A stretch of DNA of 60,561 bases, filler included. It is 10 parts of 10 records of this genome, joined end to end, with 100 filler letters (N's around TTAATTAATTAA, not from the genome) between each part and the next. Parts side by side here need not be neighbours in the genome. Positions count along the whole stretch, not along the records: positions 41,236 to 46,365 come from SRR31147125_309017; positions 46,466 to 53,087 come from SRR31147125_309730; positions 53,188 to 60,561 come from SRR31147125_310961; 7 more parts are not named here. One strand, given 5' to 3'. Made by a program: the position numbers and the translations under genes. Positions 41,775 through 53,372 of this stretch are shown piece after piece; the first letter of the stretch is position 1; the number at the start of each line of letters is the position of its first letter. The notes below the pieces were generated by a model. The model had not been told where the DNA came from and did no database searches. It saw only the letters and a program-made list of their open reading frames with translations.

Positions 41775-42700
41775 ATGGAGTCCACATTGAGTGCGGGACA
41801 ACCCACCCCTCCCGATCTGCGGCGTTCCTCATTACCCAAATCGATGATCGTCAAAGCGGCGCCGGATCCCTTCGTGGGCAAGCTTCTGCACGGTCGCTTC
41901 CGGCTCAACTCAAAGATCGCCAAAGGCGGCATGGGAGCAGTCTACCTGGCCCGAGACACGGAAGACGGAAAGGTATACGCCGTCAAGATTCTGCGTCCGG
42001 ATCTGGTCTTGGAGCCCAAGGTTCGAGAGCGCTTCATCAACGAAGCAAGGGCTGCCAAGCGTGTAGACCACCCCGCCGTAGCGAAGACTTACGAGGTGGG
42101 CCAAACCTTCGACAAGGGCATCTACATCGTAATGGAGCACGTGGCGGGCCCGCCCTTGAGGCGCCTCTTGCGGCAAGGTCCCTCGCCCATACCAGGGTCA
42201 CCCTGCTGGCAGCTGCCATTGCTCAGGGGCTGGATGCAGCTCACCGGGCGGGGGTGATCCACAGGGATCTCAAGCCCGAGAACATTCTGGTCCTGAGATC
42301 CAGAAGAGAGTCCAGCCTGGTGAAGATTGTGGATTTCGGCATCGCCAGGATCATCGACTCGCCCAAAATAACTACTACCCAGCACGTTATCGGGACCCCC
42401 CAGTATATATCTCCTGAACAGGCCATGGGGGGACCGGTGGACGGGCGAACCGACATCTACTCACTGGGCGTTATGATGTACGAACTCCTCACCGGTTCTT
42501 TGCCTTTTATCGACAAAGACGCCGAGAAGCTCTTGCGCAAGCACATCAAAGCTCGCCCGACTCCCATCAGCAGACTGTCCAGGGCAGTAAAGGTGGAGCC
42601 CGAGCTGGAAGACCTCGTCATGAGTTGCCTGGAGAAGTCTCCCCTCAATCGACCTGCGGGTATGTCGGAGGTTATCGCAGCCCTCGCAACAATGGGGTGA
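41775..42700 (+). CDS. Hanks-type Ser/Thr protein kinase, catalytic domain only (apparent frameshift near 42185)
   Basis: IAKGGMGAVY and AVKIL in one frame; HRDLKPEN, DFG, GTPQYISPEQ and DIYSLG in the next. Confidence 0.9.
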
Positions 42701-42708
42701 AACGTACG

Positions 42709-44342
42709 TCAGTCTCTGTCCAGGATTTCCCTGACCTTCTTCGTCAGGGTCATAACGGAGATGGGTTTTTGAACCATTTCCGAACCTCCGTCCAAACCGC
42801 CTTGCGCTTCAATAACATCGAAGCTGTAGCCGGACATGTACAGGACCTTGATACCTGGCCGCAGAACATTGATCTTCTCGAAAAGCTCCGGACCGCTCAT
42901 GCCGGGCATGATCACATCGGTCAATACCATAGCGATTTCCCCGTCGTGAGCATCAGCCAGCTCCAAAGCCTCTTTTGGAGACGCAGCAGTCAAGGGGGAG
43001 TAGCCGTACTTCTTTAGTATTCCACTTACGAGTTCACGAACCGCCGGGTCGTCCTCGACGACGAGGATCTGCTCCTCTCCCACAGAGACCGTCTCCATAT
43101 CCGATGCCGCGGGAAAACTCTCAGGGTCTCTATCGACACAAGGGAAGTAAAGGGAGAAACTGGCCCCTTCATCAGGGCGACTGTCCACTCGAATGCTCCC
43201 ACCGTGCTGCTTGACTATTCCGTGAACCGTGGCCAGTCCGAGGCCGGTTCCCTTGCCTTGTTCCTTGGTAGTGAAGAATGGTTCGAAGAGCCTGGACAAT
43301 ACATGGGAGTCCATCCCGACCCCGTCGTCGCTGATCTTGAACAGAACCCACTTTCCGGACTTGCCCCCTTCTCCTGAATGGGCTTGATCTTCCGGCATGA
43401 AGTCCGCTTCCTTGACCTCCAAAAGTATTCGCCCGCCACTTGGGAGTGCGTCTTGAGCGTTGACGGCCAGGTTCATCAAGATCTGCTCCAGCTGAGACAC
43501 ATCTGCCTCGATGGCGGAGATGTCCATGCTCAAATCGAAAACGAGCTCAATGTCCTCCCTGATAGTGCGCCGCAGAATCTTCTCGAAGCCCGAAACCACC
43601 TTCGATAGGTTGACGGTCTTCATCTCCAGCACTTGCTTGCGGCTGAATGCCAGGAGCTGACGGGTGAGATCTTTGGCTCGGTTGGCGGCTTTCTGGATCT
43701 CCAGCAAATCATCCCGCCGTCTGTCCTTGGGAGAAAAGTCCATGAGAAGCAGCTCGGCGTAGGCGAGAATCGGCGAAAGGAGGTTGTTGAAGTCGTGGGC
43801 TATTCCTCCTGCCAGTCGGCCGACTGACTCAAGACGCTGTGCATGGGAGAGCTGGGCGGTTGCCTTCTCCAGCTCCTCGGTGCTTCTCGCCACCTGGATG
43901 GCCAGCCTCTCGGATCGCTCCTTGCTCTCCTTTTCTCCCTTGCGCGACGGATGCATTGATCCAGTGAGTCGTGTAGGTTTTGAAGATCCTCCACCGGCTT
44001 GGTCAGGTAGTCCCATGCCCCCAACCGCACCGCCGCCACCACGTCTTTCACCTTGCCGGTACCGGAGACGACGATTATGGGAGTGTCCGGCGAGATGTCT
44101 TTTATGGCGGGGAGCACGCCGAGCCCGTCGATGCCCGGCATGCGAAGATCGGTGACCACCAGGTCCGGTCGCCTTTCTTTGAAGACCTCCAGCCCCTCGG
44201 TCCCGTCCCGGGCCTCCAGTACTTCGTAGCCGTAGTCTTCCAGAAAGTGTTTGAAGCTGAGACGCACCGAGTGCTCGTCATCGATAAGAAGTACGGTTCT
44301 TCCCTCCCCAGACGGCGCATGACCGGCGGAAGGGTCAGGCAT
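42709..44342 (-). CDS. Hybrid histidine kinase REC-HisKA-HATPase-REC (apparent frameshift near 43930)
   Basis: N-terminal receiver (LLIDDE, TDLRMP, KP); H-box AHDFNNLL, NLAVNAQDA, FFTTK and GTGLGL; C-terminal receiver (VEDD, TDVIMP). Confidence 0.9.
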
Positions 44343-44718
44343 TCACGAGCTCCTTGATGGTTTCCACGAAACGACCGAGATCTGCCTGAGGTTTCAAGAA
44401 CACATGCTCCGGGCGCACGCCGATTTCCTCAAGATCTTCTGAAAGGGAAAAGGAGACCGAGCCGGTGTGAATGATGAAGCGCATCTTCGGTGCAACCTGA
44501 TGAACCTTGCCGATGAGGGCTTCTCCGCTCATTGACGGCAAGCGAAGATCGACAATGGCCACATCGAATTCTTTTCCTTCTATGGTCTCCAGGGCTGCTT
44601 CAGCGCTTCCCACTGACTCAACCTCGAACCCGAAGTCAAGAAGGTATTCGGTCAGACTCTCGGCAATGGCCGGTTCGTCGTCGACCACCAGAACCCGTAT
44701 GATGCCCCTGTTGCTCAT
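44335..44718 (-). CDS. Single-domain response regulator
   Basis: VLVVDDE, VDLRLP, HTG and KP. Confidence 0.9.
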   Translation of the reverse strand: MSNRGIIRVLVVDDEPAIAESLTEYLLDFGFEVESVGSAEAALETIEGKEFDVAIVDLRLPSMSGEALIGKVHQVAPKMRFIIHTGSVSFSLSEDLEEIGVRPEHVFLKPQADLGRFVETIKELVNA

Positions 44719-44918
44719 TCCCCTCCTGGAAAAAAGGTATCAAACCCCACAAAATAAGCAATCTTCAAGGGATGCACCTATAATTATCTAGTGTACATGA
44801 AATCAGTGCTCGGGCAAACTTCCAAGACATGGAAAATAAATCGGAATATGAGAATATCCTTGGGCTTTCCAGGATCAAAAAACCAGCCGCGAATCAGCTG
44901 AATTCAGTGGAATAACAA

Positions 44919-46365
44919 TCACTGCATACCGCTCAGGCGCGCCATGGCGTTCCTCAATACCGCTCTTTCTTCCGAAGTTGCCGCAGTAATCCTGGCTCGC
45001 CTAAGCACAGGAATGGATATGACCGATCCCTTGGCAACAAGGCCTGCAATCGCAGCGTAACGAACCTGCCTGTTGTTGTCCTTCACGACACGCTCTTCAA
45101 GCACCTGTCGAGCTCTATCATCGCGCACAACGGTGAGATCCTTGACCGCGCGATCTCACCGATGAACTATTGGATCTTGCATAGAACATCAGGTCATCAA
45201 TGGAAGTAACTTTCGGTTTGGAGGTCTTGGCAGGCCCAGGTCCGGCCTTTCGCCATTGCCCCCCTTGAGGCCGTTTTGGGGAGAGGGTTTGCTTGGTGAA
45301 TCTTCGGGCCAATCATCCAAGCTTCCCTCTCCTCCTGCAGAGGCAATAGCATGATCGATTTCTGAGGGCTCGTCTCCTTCGGAAGCAGCGCCTGCGGGCT
45401 CCTTTTCTTCGTGTTTCGCCGCAAGCTTGGCCTCTCGCTCAGCCTTCTTTCGCTCCTGTTCAGCCTTCTTCGCAGCTAGTTTTGCCTCTCGCTCGGCCCT
45501 CTTGCGCTCTTTTTCGGCCTTCTTCGCAGCCAGCTTGGCCTCTCGCTCAGCTTTCTTTCGCTCTTGTTCAGCCTTCTTTGCAGCCAATTTAGCCGCCCGT
45601 TTGGCTTCTCTCGCCTCCTCGGCGGCCTTCTTCTTGGCCAAAGCCTCCTGGTGCATGCGCTCACGCTCTTCGGCTCGCTTCTCTTTTGCGGCGTCCCGCT
45701 CGGCCTTCTTTCGCTCTTTTTCCAGTCGGGCCTCTTCCAAGGCAGCCAGGCGGGCCGCTTCCCTGGCCTCTTTCTCCGCCTCTCTCTTGGCACGAGCCTC
45801 TTCCTTTTTGAGCTCCTTTTCCGCCTGCTCCTCGGCCAGACGGCGCTCTCTATCCTCTTTCTCCTTCGCCGCCAGAAGGGCTCTCTCCCTTTCCTGTTCC
45901 TCCTGTTTCGCACGGGCTGCCGCTTTTTCATCGGCTTTCGCCCTGCCCTCTTCAGCCCTTTTCGCCGCAGCCAGTATCTCGGCGTCGATGGTGCCGTCAG
46001 CCAGGGCCTGCTCTTCCTCCTTCATCTCTTGCACAACTGAAGGAGCCCTTCCGTCCGGGGTTCTTTCGCCCGAACGCTCGGCATAAATCTGCTGGGCAAG
46101 GGACTCATCCGTCACAGGATCCTCGCCCTTCAAGATGGTCTTGAGTCGATCGATCTCAGCATTGACGCGATATACGCGATCGGACTTGATGTCGTTCCTA
46201 CCTATCGACAGATACTCGCTGAACTTCTTCACCGCAGTGTGGAGATCTTCGGCCTGGGTGGCGACAAGGGCCTCTTCGAACAACATCTCCGGATCACCCG
46301 AATACTGGAACGCTTTGTCGAAGTTGGCGATGGAGATCTTCAAGTCACCCTTTTTTCGAGCATCC
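44919..46365 (-). CDS. TPR-like / long charged coiled-coil / HEAT-repeat protein (5' truncated, at least two apparent frameshifts)
   Basis: Repeats of AKLAAKKAEQERKKAERE; tail fragments SSSVRSR and QVRYAAIAGL...SIPVL in consecutive frames. Confidence 0.6.
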
Positions 46366-46465
46366 NNNNNNNNNNNNNNNNNNNNNNNNNNNNNNNNNNN
46401 NNNNNNNNNTTAATTAATTAANNNNNNNNNNNNNNNNNNNNNNNNNNNNNNNNNNNNNNNNNNNN

Positions 46466-46877
46466 GGGGGCCTTTGACAATAAAGGCGGGGGCATGGGGC
46501 TTTAGGAGCTCGGTCTGGGACTGCCCGTCATGGTATGTGATCCGTACCAGCACATCCGTGATGGTGGCGGAAAGGCCCTTAATAGAAATGGCCTTTCCGG
46601 TCAGCATGTCAGGACTGCAGGCAACCAGCCGTTTTTCCACAAGGGATCCCGGCAGTTTCAACTTTTCAGGCGGCTGGAGATCCCGGCAGACGTCCGGCAG
46701 CATTGGGCTGATTTTCATGACCCTGCCGACCCTGCCGGGGGCTTTCCACAGGATGGCGTACAGCCCCTTTTCTTTTTCTGTAATTTCCAGGTAGCCCGGC
46801 CGGACCTCATGGCTGAACCCGGGTGCCGAAATGAACAGGATCGTGCAGAGAAAAACAATGCCTGCAGGCTTTTTCAT
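46466..46877 (-). CDS. HupE/UreJ family protein, periplasmic N-terminal part (3' truncated)
   Basis: Signal peptide then HEVRPGYLEITE, ILWKAP and GLSATITDVLVRI; usual position after the PPIase in DUF3604 clusters. Confidence 0.8.
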
Positions 46878-47730
46878 GAGCCGACTCCGTTTCTCAGGGA
46901 AACAGATACCGGGTCAATAACAATGGAGTACCTGGTCCTGAGGTCTTCAACCGCCCTCTTATTGGCTTTGAGCCGGATTTCATTCATATATTCTGTCATG
47001 ACATCGTCTTTTACCTGCTCAAATGCCGGATATGCGGCGGCCGTGACATTGGTCACCTTCACAAGGTGGATGCCATAGCCTGACCGCACAGGTCCCTGCC
47101 ATGTCCCTGGCGTAACATCAAACACATCTTTTGCAAAGGAGCGGCCGAACAACCGGGAGACTTCGGCCGGGCTCAAGCCCATATACTCTGAATGCAGCAT
47201 AAAGGGATCTGACAGGCCGTTTGAATCCATATCGCCGGTTTTTAACCCCGCCAGCAGATCCCTGGCCCCGGCTGCCGCTTTGGCGCCCCTTTATCGGCAT
47301 CAACATAGATATGGGTAAAACTTGCCCGGGCCGGGATTTTGAACCTGTCCTTATTTTCCTTGAAGTATTTTTCAAGGACGGTCTCATCCGGGGTGTTCAC
47401 CGAGGCAATGTCCTTGATCAGAAATTTCATTTTCTGGGATAGCCGTCTGCGGATAATGGTGTCATCCTTGTCAAGTCCCAGGTTTAATGCTTCCCTGAAC
47501 AGGATTTCTTCTTTGACATGTTCATCTATGAGCCTGGCAAGTTCGTCATTGGTCGGCTTTCGGCGCCACTGCTTTTCCCAGGCCGCCTGGATTCTATTGA
47601 TCTGGTCCTGGTCGACAATAATCTTTTCCGGCTCTTGTTTTGATCCGTTGTCAAAATAGGCAGAAAGAAGAAAGAGTGCAGCACCGATAAGAATGAAGTG
47701 GCATAGGGGATCAGTCAGGATTTTTTTCAT
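46874..47730 (-). CDS. Parvulin/rotamase-like peptidylprolyl isomerase (apparent frameshift near 47260)
   Basis: DPLCHFILIGAALF, EEILFREALNLGLDKDDTIIRRRL and WQGPVRSGYGIHLV. Confidence 0.85.
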
Positions 47731-47747
47731 GCAGACATACAACCTTT

Positions 47748-47790
47748 AAAAGGCGGGAATTCCCCCGGTGTCGGGGTTTCCCGCCTTTTT
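47748..47790. terminator. Bidirectional terminator-like hairpin inside the DUF3604 cluster
   Basis: AAAAGGCGGGAA...TTCCCGCCTTTTT between the DUF3604 stop (47838) and the PPIase start. Confidence 0.75.
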
Positions 47791-47837
47791 ATGAAAAAAT
47801 GTTAAAGCCCAATGGTGTTTATTTTATCATCTCCCGG

Positions 47838-49742
47838 TTAGGGTGTGTACCAGATGGGGGATGTATACGCTCTTTCCTGTATGGTGGCAGAATAGTCCTT
47901 GGGGTGATCAACACCCAGGGCTACGGCATCATACAATGAATGCCGCGGGGTGGGGATCTGCAGGACCCGGACATAGTAGAAGGCTGACACCTTGGGATCA
48001 AAATCAGGGTCTGTCCAGACCGTGGCAAGCTGGGCATCGCCAATGGTGTCTTCCCAGGTGGCGTTCTTAAGATTTACCGTATTCCCCACCGGTTTGACTT
48101 TTCCGTATTTGCCCACCTTTCGGTTGTCCGAGAGGGCCACGTTATAAATTTTCTCCTTGGGAAACCCCTTACCATCCACCCAGCCCTTGATCACCTGGAC
48201 ACGATCCAGGTTGGCATGGTTGGGGTCTTTGACCGCCTGGATGAGAAACTGGGGGGCTTTGCCTTTGGGGGCACGGGTTAAATCACCGCCCATGGGCACG
48301 CCTTTTTCATAACCGATCCGGGCCAGACCTGATGCATGGGCGTCTGGTTCTTCAAAATCCCAGCCCCCGAAAAACCGTACCCGAAGCCGAGTGCCTGTGG
48401 TGGCATAGGTTTCTTTGCGTTTGAATGCGTCAAAAATGGCTTCACGGGTGTTTTCTTCCGCCCAGACCGCAGCCAGGCCCGCCGCCCCCATGTCCATGCC
48501 AAAGCTTTGGGGCGGAACAACTACTTTTTTGGGATCTATGGTATTTTCAGGGGTGGAATCCAGGGCCATCTTGCCCCAGAAATTGTCCTCTTCAGCAGAG
48601 GCCAGGCCGGTATGGGAATCTGTGGAGCCGATCATGCCGAATTTATAGGGGTTGGCGCCGATCCGCTTTTCAATGGCAAGCCCCCGCATCAGCCCTGTCC
48701 GCGTGTAGTCGCCTGCTTTGGCTGCGTGCTCTTCATGTTGTTCTAAAAATTTTTTGTCTTCTTCACTGAGTTTCTGGATCAGGGCATCCCCGAACAGGCA
48801 TAATTTTTTGTTGTCTCCGGCTTCGATATAATGGTCATAGGTTTCATAATCGGCAAATTCGTCCGTGGGAGAGAGCATGGGGTGGGTTTCGGAGTCCCCC
48901 TTGATCTGGGTGACTTCCACCACTGTTTCCCAGCGCATCCTGGATTCGGCATAGGCCTTTGAAATGGGCTTGCCGTCACTGTCCGCCACCGGGAACATCA
49001 ATCCCTTGGAAATATTCTGGTTGTGGGGGATGGCCACGAAATTGGCCCCGGTGCTTTTGTTTGTCTCGCCCAGCCATTTCCAAAGGTCCTCGGGTTTGGG
49101 GCTGTCCAGTGCCGTGTACGGAATAAATTTTTCCCCGGTTGCCTTGCCTTCCCGCATGAACACCACCCTGTGGAGGTTGGCGCCGTCCGGCGTTGAACTC
49201 CATTCCCACCCTAGAAAGGTGGTGAATCTGCCCGGATCGTTGTGGCGTTCGGCCGCATCCATGATTTCGCCCCACATGGTCTGGCCCACCTCCGGAGAAA
49301 TCAGATCCGGTTCCGGTTCTCCCTGATTGACCTGACGGATAAGATCTCCGAACACCTTGTGAACTTCTCCCTGTTCAAACCATTTGGCATATTTTTTACC
49401 TGTGGGCGTCCCCGCAACCACGGGGTCCCCATTGATCAGGGCCGGAATCACCCCCATATACTCCCCGTGATCCGCCACCACCAGAAAATCAAGGGGGGTG
49501 TTGATCTGGATTTTGGCCCGGTGAAAGGGGTGGACAACCGGTTCGCCCTTGGCATACCTATAGGCGGTATCCGGGTCTGCTGTCCTGTTCTCCAAAAGAA
49601 AGGCATCCGGTGAATAGGATGTGTGGAGATGGGTGTCCCCGAAGAACACCTCCGTGTTTCTCACCTGCCCTGCCTGGGCCGGCAGGCAGAAGGCAGATAC
49701 GGCAGCCGCTATTGCAGCAAATCGGATTAAATAAAAGAACAT
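47838..49742 (-). CDS. Secreted DUF3604 family protein (PHP-like metallohydrolase fold)
   Basis: Signal peptide, FFGDTHLHTSYSPDA, DFLVVADH, NLHRVV, IPHN, GSTDSH and IQERAYTSPIWYTP. Confidence 0.92.
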   Translation of the reverse strand: MFFYLIRFAAIAAAVSAFCLPAQAGQVRNTEVFFGDTHLHTSYSPDAFLLENRTADPDTAYRYAKGEPVVHPFHRAKIQINTPLDFLVVADHGEYMGVIPALINGDPVVAGTPTGKKYAKWFEQGEVHKVFGDLIRQVNQGEPEPDLISPEVGQTMWGEIMDAAERHNDPGRFTTFLGWEWSSTPDGANLHRVVFMREGKATGEKFIPYTALDSPKPEDLWKWLGETNKSTGANFVAIPHNQNISKGLMFPVADSDGKPISKAYAESRMRWETVVEVTQIKGDSETHPMLSPTDEFADYETYDHYIEAGDNKKLCLFGDALIQKLSEEDKKFLEQHEEHAAKAGDYTRTGLMRGLAIEKRIGANPYKFGMIGSTDSHTGLASAEEDNFWGKMALDSTPENTIDPKKVVVPPQSFGMDMGAAGLAAVWAEENTREAIFDAFKRKETYATTGTRLRVRFFGGWDFEEPDAHASGLARIGYEKGVPMGGDLTRAPKGKAPQFLIQAVKDPNHANLDRVQVIKGWVDGKGFPKEKIYNVALSDNRKVGKYGKVKPVGNTVNLKNATWEDTIGDAQLATVWTDPDFDPKVSAFYYVRVLQIPTPRHSLYDAVALGVDHPKDYSATIQERAYTSPIWYTP

Positions 49743-49787
49743 GGTGCCTCCTAATTATTTTAATTTATAGAATGCATGCATGTGACA

Positions 49788-51729
49788 TTAGGGGGTATAC
49801 CAGATCGGAGACGTATACGCCCTTTCCTGTGTGGTCATGGGGATCTCATCCGACATTTTTACATTGTATCGCTTGGCATCGTAGGCCGTCCACCTCGGGG
49901 TGGGGATCTCAATGACCCGGGCATAGTAGAACGCCTTGAGGGACGAATCAAAGTCCGGGTCCTGCCATACCGCGATCAGCTCGGGATCGCCGATTGTATT
50001 GGTCCAGGTGGCGTTTTTCACATCCACGGTGTTTCCGACCCCAGGCAGCTTGCCATTTTTTCCCATTTCCCGTTTATCTGCATCTCCCCAGGCCACGTCA
50101 TAGACTTTTTCATGGGTCTTATTGTCCTTGTCCAGCCAGCCTTTGACAATCTGGATCCGGTCCAGATTTCCGCTGTAAGGATCTTTCAGAGCCGCCACCA
50201 GAAATGAAGGGGTTTTCCCTTGGGTGCTCGGGTCAGATCGCCGCCCATGGAGATGCCCTTGCTGTATCCCACCCGGCCGGGAGCGCGTTTTAAGGCATCG
50301 GTGGCCTCAAACTCCCATCCGCCGAAAAACCAGACCGTCATCCTGGGGCCTGTGCTGGCGTATACCTCTTTTCGCTTCATGGCATCAAAAATGGCTTCTC
50401 TTGTGTTTTCCGTGGCCCAGACCGCGGCATACCCGGAGGATACCTGCTCCCAGCCAAACCAGCGGATGTCGCCTATTTCTCCGATCAGTTTTTTCCACCG
50501 GTCTTTTTCAGGTTCTTTGCCGCTGTGTTTGCCGAAAAAGTTTTCCTCTTCAGCTGTGGCAAGGGAGGTGTGGGAGTCGGTTGACCCCACCATGCCGAAT
50601 TTGTAAGGATTGGTGCCAAGCTTTTCCTCAAGCATCAGGCCTTTTTTCAAAGCCTCCCTGGCATATTCATACTGGAGCATTTCATTTTTTTTGGGAACAG
50701 GGCCAAGATTGGCCTTATCCCAGATTTCATAACCGGCAAATTCGTCATTGGGTGACAGAAAGGGGTGGGTCTCGCCGTCACCTTTCATCTGGGTGACTTC
50801 GTACAGGGGCTCCCAGCGGATACGGGTTTTGGCATAGTCTTTGGTAATCGGTTTTTGGGTGGCCGGGTTTACTTCCGGGAACATGATCCCGTTGGAGAGG
50901 TTCCCGTTGTGGGCCAGGGCCAGGACCTGGCCGCCGGTTTTATCCTCGAATGCCGCCATCCATTTCCACAGGTCTTCAGGGTTCATGCTGTCTTCTGCCG
51001 TAAAGGGAAGCATCTGTTCTGCCTCATCTGCGCCGCAGCGGTACAGCACATTTCTGTGCAGATTGTCTCCCCCCGGGGTGGGGGTCCACTCGTACCCGAT
51101 AATGGTGGTGAATCTGCCCGGATCATTATATTTTTCAGCCGCCTCAAGATATTCGTTCCAGATGTTTTTAATAAAGGTCTCATCGGTCAGGACTTTTGGG
51201 ACATTGCCTTCAGTAAATTGCTGGATAACATCCATGGTGGCCATGAGCGCGGTTTCACCGCCTTTGGCGATCCTGTCGTGCCAGTCTTTGACCGTAGGGT
51301 CCCGCAGCAGGTTGGGATTCCCGTTGATGATTTCCTTCATGGCGCCCATGGCATCGGAATGGTCGGCAATGACCAGAAAATCCAGGGGTCGGGACAGCTT
51401 GAGGCGCTCCCCGTGGGAGGCTGTCACCTCTTCGCCCCTGGCGAACCTGTAGGCCGCCTCCGGGTCCAGGGTGACGCCGAAGGCCCTGGCATCAAGGGAT
51501 AGGGCCGTGTGCAGGTGGGTGTCGCCCCAGAGCACCTTTGTGGGGTAGTTCTGGCCTGCGTATGGGGAGTAGGGCTTTTTTTAAACGATTTTCTTATGCT
51601 TTCCTTATCACTCCCGATAATGCTGACATCGTCACAGATGCCGGTCCCGGCGACAAGCAAAGAGAAAATGAATGCAGTGATGCCCATTATCATCCTGAAA
51701 CGCCAGGCAGTGATTTTTTGATCATTCAT
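49788..51729 (-). CDS. Second DUF3604 paralog (apparent frameshifts near 51575 and 50215)
   Basis: Leader 51729-51575, core LWGDTHLHT...GSTDSH, tail TQERAYTSPIWYTP; both shifts at homopolymer runs. Confidence 0.88.
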
Positions 51730-51829
51730 AATCCTTTTCTCCGTTTTTTAATTATCGTGTCGTATTATTCTTCTTTTTCTGTTGCCCTGTTAATTTAAAG
51801 GCCGGTCAGATCAATGGCTGGACTAAGTT

Positions 51830-52657
51830 TTATAAATTAAAGATAATACCGATAGCCGGACCGTGGGTAACGGTATCATAGGCAAAATAACCGGGGGTGT
51901 TGAAATTTCCTGAATCAAAATCCACCCACAGGGCATTATACTGAATGTCCAGGGCTATCATCTCGGTGACCCTGTAGGAAATGCCGACAGCCAGCTTGGA
52001 TGTGAAATCCGATTCCAGGCCGAATCCACCGATATCCGCCCGGAGCATTAGTCTCCAGTCTTCGGTAAGATCATAGAAGGCCCGGGCGCCGACAACGGCG
52101 TCCACCCAGTTTTCGTCCCTCTGCCGGGAAATCTCGCCGATCAGCCCCGGGCGTTTCACTGCATGGATTTTGTTTTTCCACCTGCGGAGGCCGGCAAAAA
52201 CATCAAGATCCCAACCATTGACCCTGAACCGCTTGAACCCGTGCAGTTCAAAGACCGTCTGCTTAACACCGGCGGCAAATGCGCCAGTGGCCGGGCGGGG
52301 CAGATCGTCCTCCATTTCAAGATCCATGAAGCTGAAATCGAAAATTATCCCGTAGCTGTTCCGAAGAATCGCCTCAATGTGGATCATGCCCCCCTTTTCA
52401 AGGTTGTCGAAAATATCGCTTGGGGTAATATCCACGTCGGCGCCTGTGATATTCAGGTTGGCATTGTTGGAAACGTGTAAAGAGGTATCTCCCTGGATAT
52501 AAGGGGCCATCATGTATGGCTCTATTAAAAACTGCCAGTCTTTTTTTGTTTCTCCGGTAAGGCCGGATACCGGCAGCAGGGTCCCCAATACCGCGAACAG
52601 CAGAGATACCAGTATCCTTTTTAGTGCAGGCCTGCACATTTGGTATTCACCGATCAT
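51830..52657 (-). CDS. Outer-membrane beta-barrel protein, function unknown
   Basis: Signal peptide, WQFLIEPY, WVDAVVGAR, RADIGGFG and terminal HGPAIGIIFNL; RBS before ATG 52657. Confidence 0.75.
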   Translation of the reverse strand: MIGEYQMCRPALKRILVSLLFAVLGTLLPVSGLTGETKKDWQFLIEPYMMAPYIQGDTSLHVSNNANLNITGADVDITPSDIFDNLEKGGMIHIEAILRNSYGIIFDFSFMDLEMEDDLPRPATGAFAAGVKQTVFELHGFKRFRVNGWDLDVFAGLRRWKNKIHAVKRPGLIGEISRQRDENWVDAVVGARAFYDLTEDWRLMLRADIGGFGLESDFTSKLAVGISYRVTEMIALDIQYNALWVDFDSGNFNTPGYFAYDTVTHGPAIGIIFNL

Positions 52658-52933
52658 TATGATCCCCCTTGGGAGTGAGGCTTTATACGTTGATGTGTTT
52701 GGGCTTTTTTTGTGTTTATCGCTGTCAGTTAGAGGCCGCCGGCCCATGATTCCCTATTCATTGCACAAATCAATTACTTGTGTCAAGTGTGGGAATCATT
52801 CATTGATGCGAAAAGCGGGTAAGTCATGGGGTGGAAAAAGATGGTTTTTTTGAAACCGCTTTTGGTGAATCCCAAAAATCTTTCCTGCTTTTCATCTAAG
52901 GGCAAACAAGCCCGTTTATGTTTTGAAGTAAGC

Positions 52934-53087
52934 TCAGTCCGTTAGAGTGCCATCCAGAATGCCATGTGGCTCCAGATGAACCATGACATCAATGATCCGG
53001 CTGTTTTTTTCAATGAGCACCTCCTTGACCGTTTCTGAAATATCATGGCCCTGGGCCACGGTGAGGCTGCCGTCCACCTCCAGGTGG
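52934..53087 (-). CDS. Cation diffusion facilitator C-terminal (ZT_dimer) fragment
   Basis: HLEVDGSLTVAQGHDISETVK...DVMVHLEP, read from the minus strand (not in the ORF track). Confidence 0.85.
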
Positions 53088-53372
53088 NNNNNNNNNNNNN
53101 NNNNNNNNNNNNNNNNNNNNNNNNNNNNNNNTTAATTAATTAANNNNNNNNNNNNNNNNNNNNNNNNNNNNNNNNNNNNNNNNNNNNCCACACTCTCCCT
53201 ACCCAACTTTCATTGCAGCACAGACAAACACGGACAAACACTGACTTGCACGGACGGACACCGTGCTCCTTGTTCGGCTTGGCCGTTTTGTCTTAAATAA
53301 TTACGTAGTTGGTCGACTAATTCTATGGACTTGCGCTAAAATGGGTTTAGACGAATTGGAGGACTGTAGACT

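Noticed and set aside
45420-45600. 54-bp near-tandem repeats
   Set aside because: In-frame coding repeats of a coiled coil (AKLAAKKAEQERKKAERE), not a mobile element or array.
52761-52786. Imperfect inverted repeat containing a minus-strand TTGACA upstream of the porin gene
   Set aside because: Could be a promoter or operator, but the -10 is weak and there is no second copy to support it.
53218-53262. Short CACGGAC/CAGACAAA repeats upstream of the APC gene
   Set aside because: Only about four degenerate copies at a contig edge; too little to call a REP element or operator.
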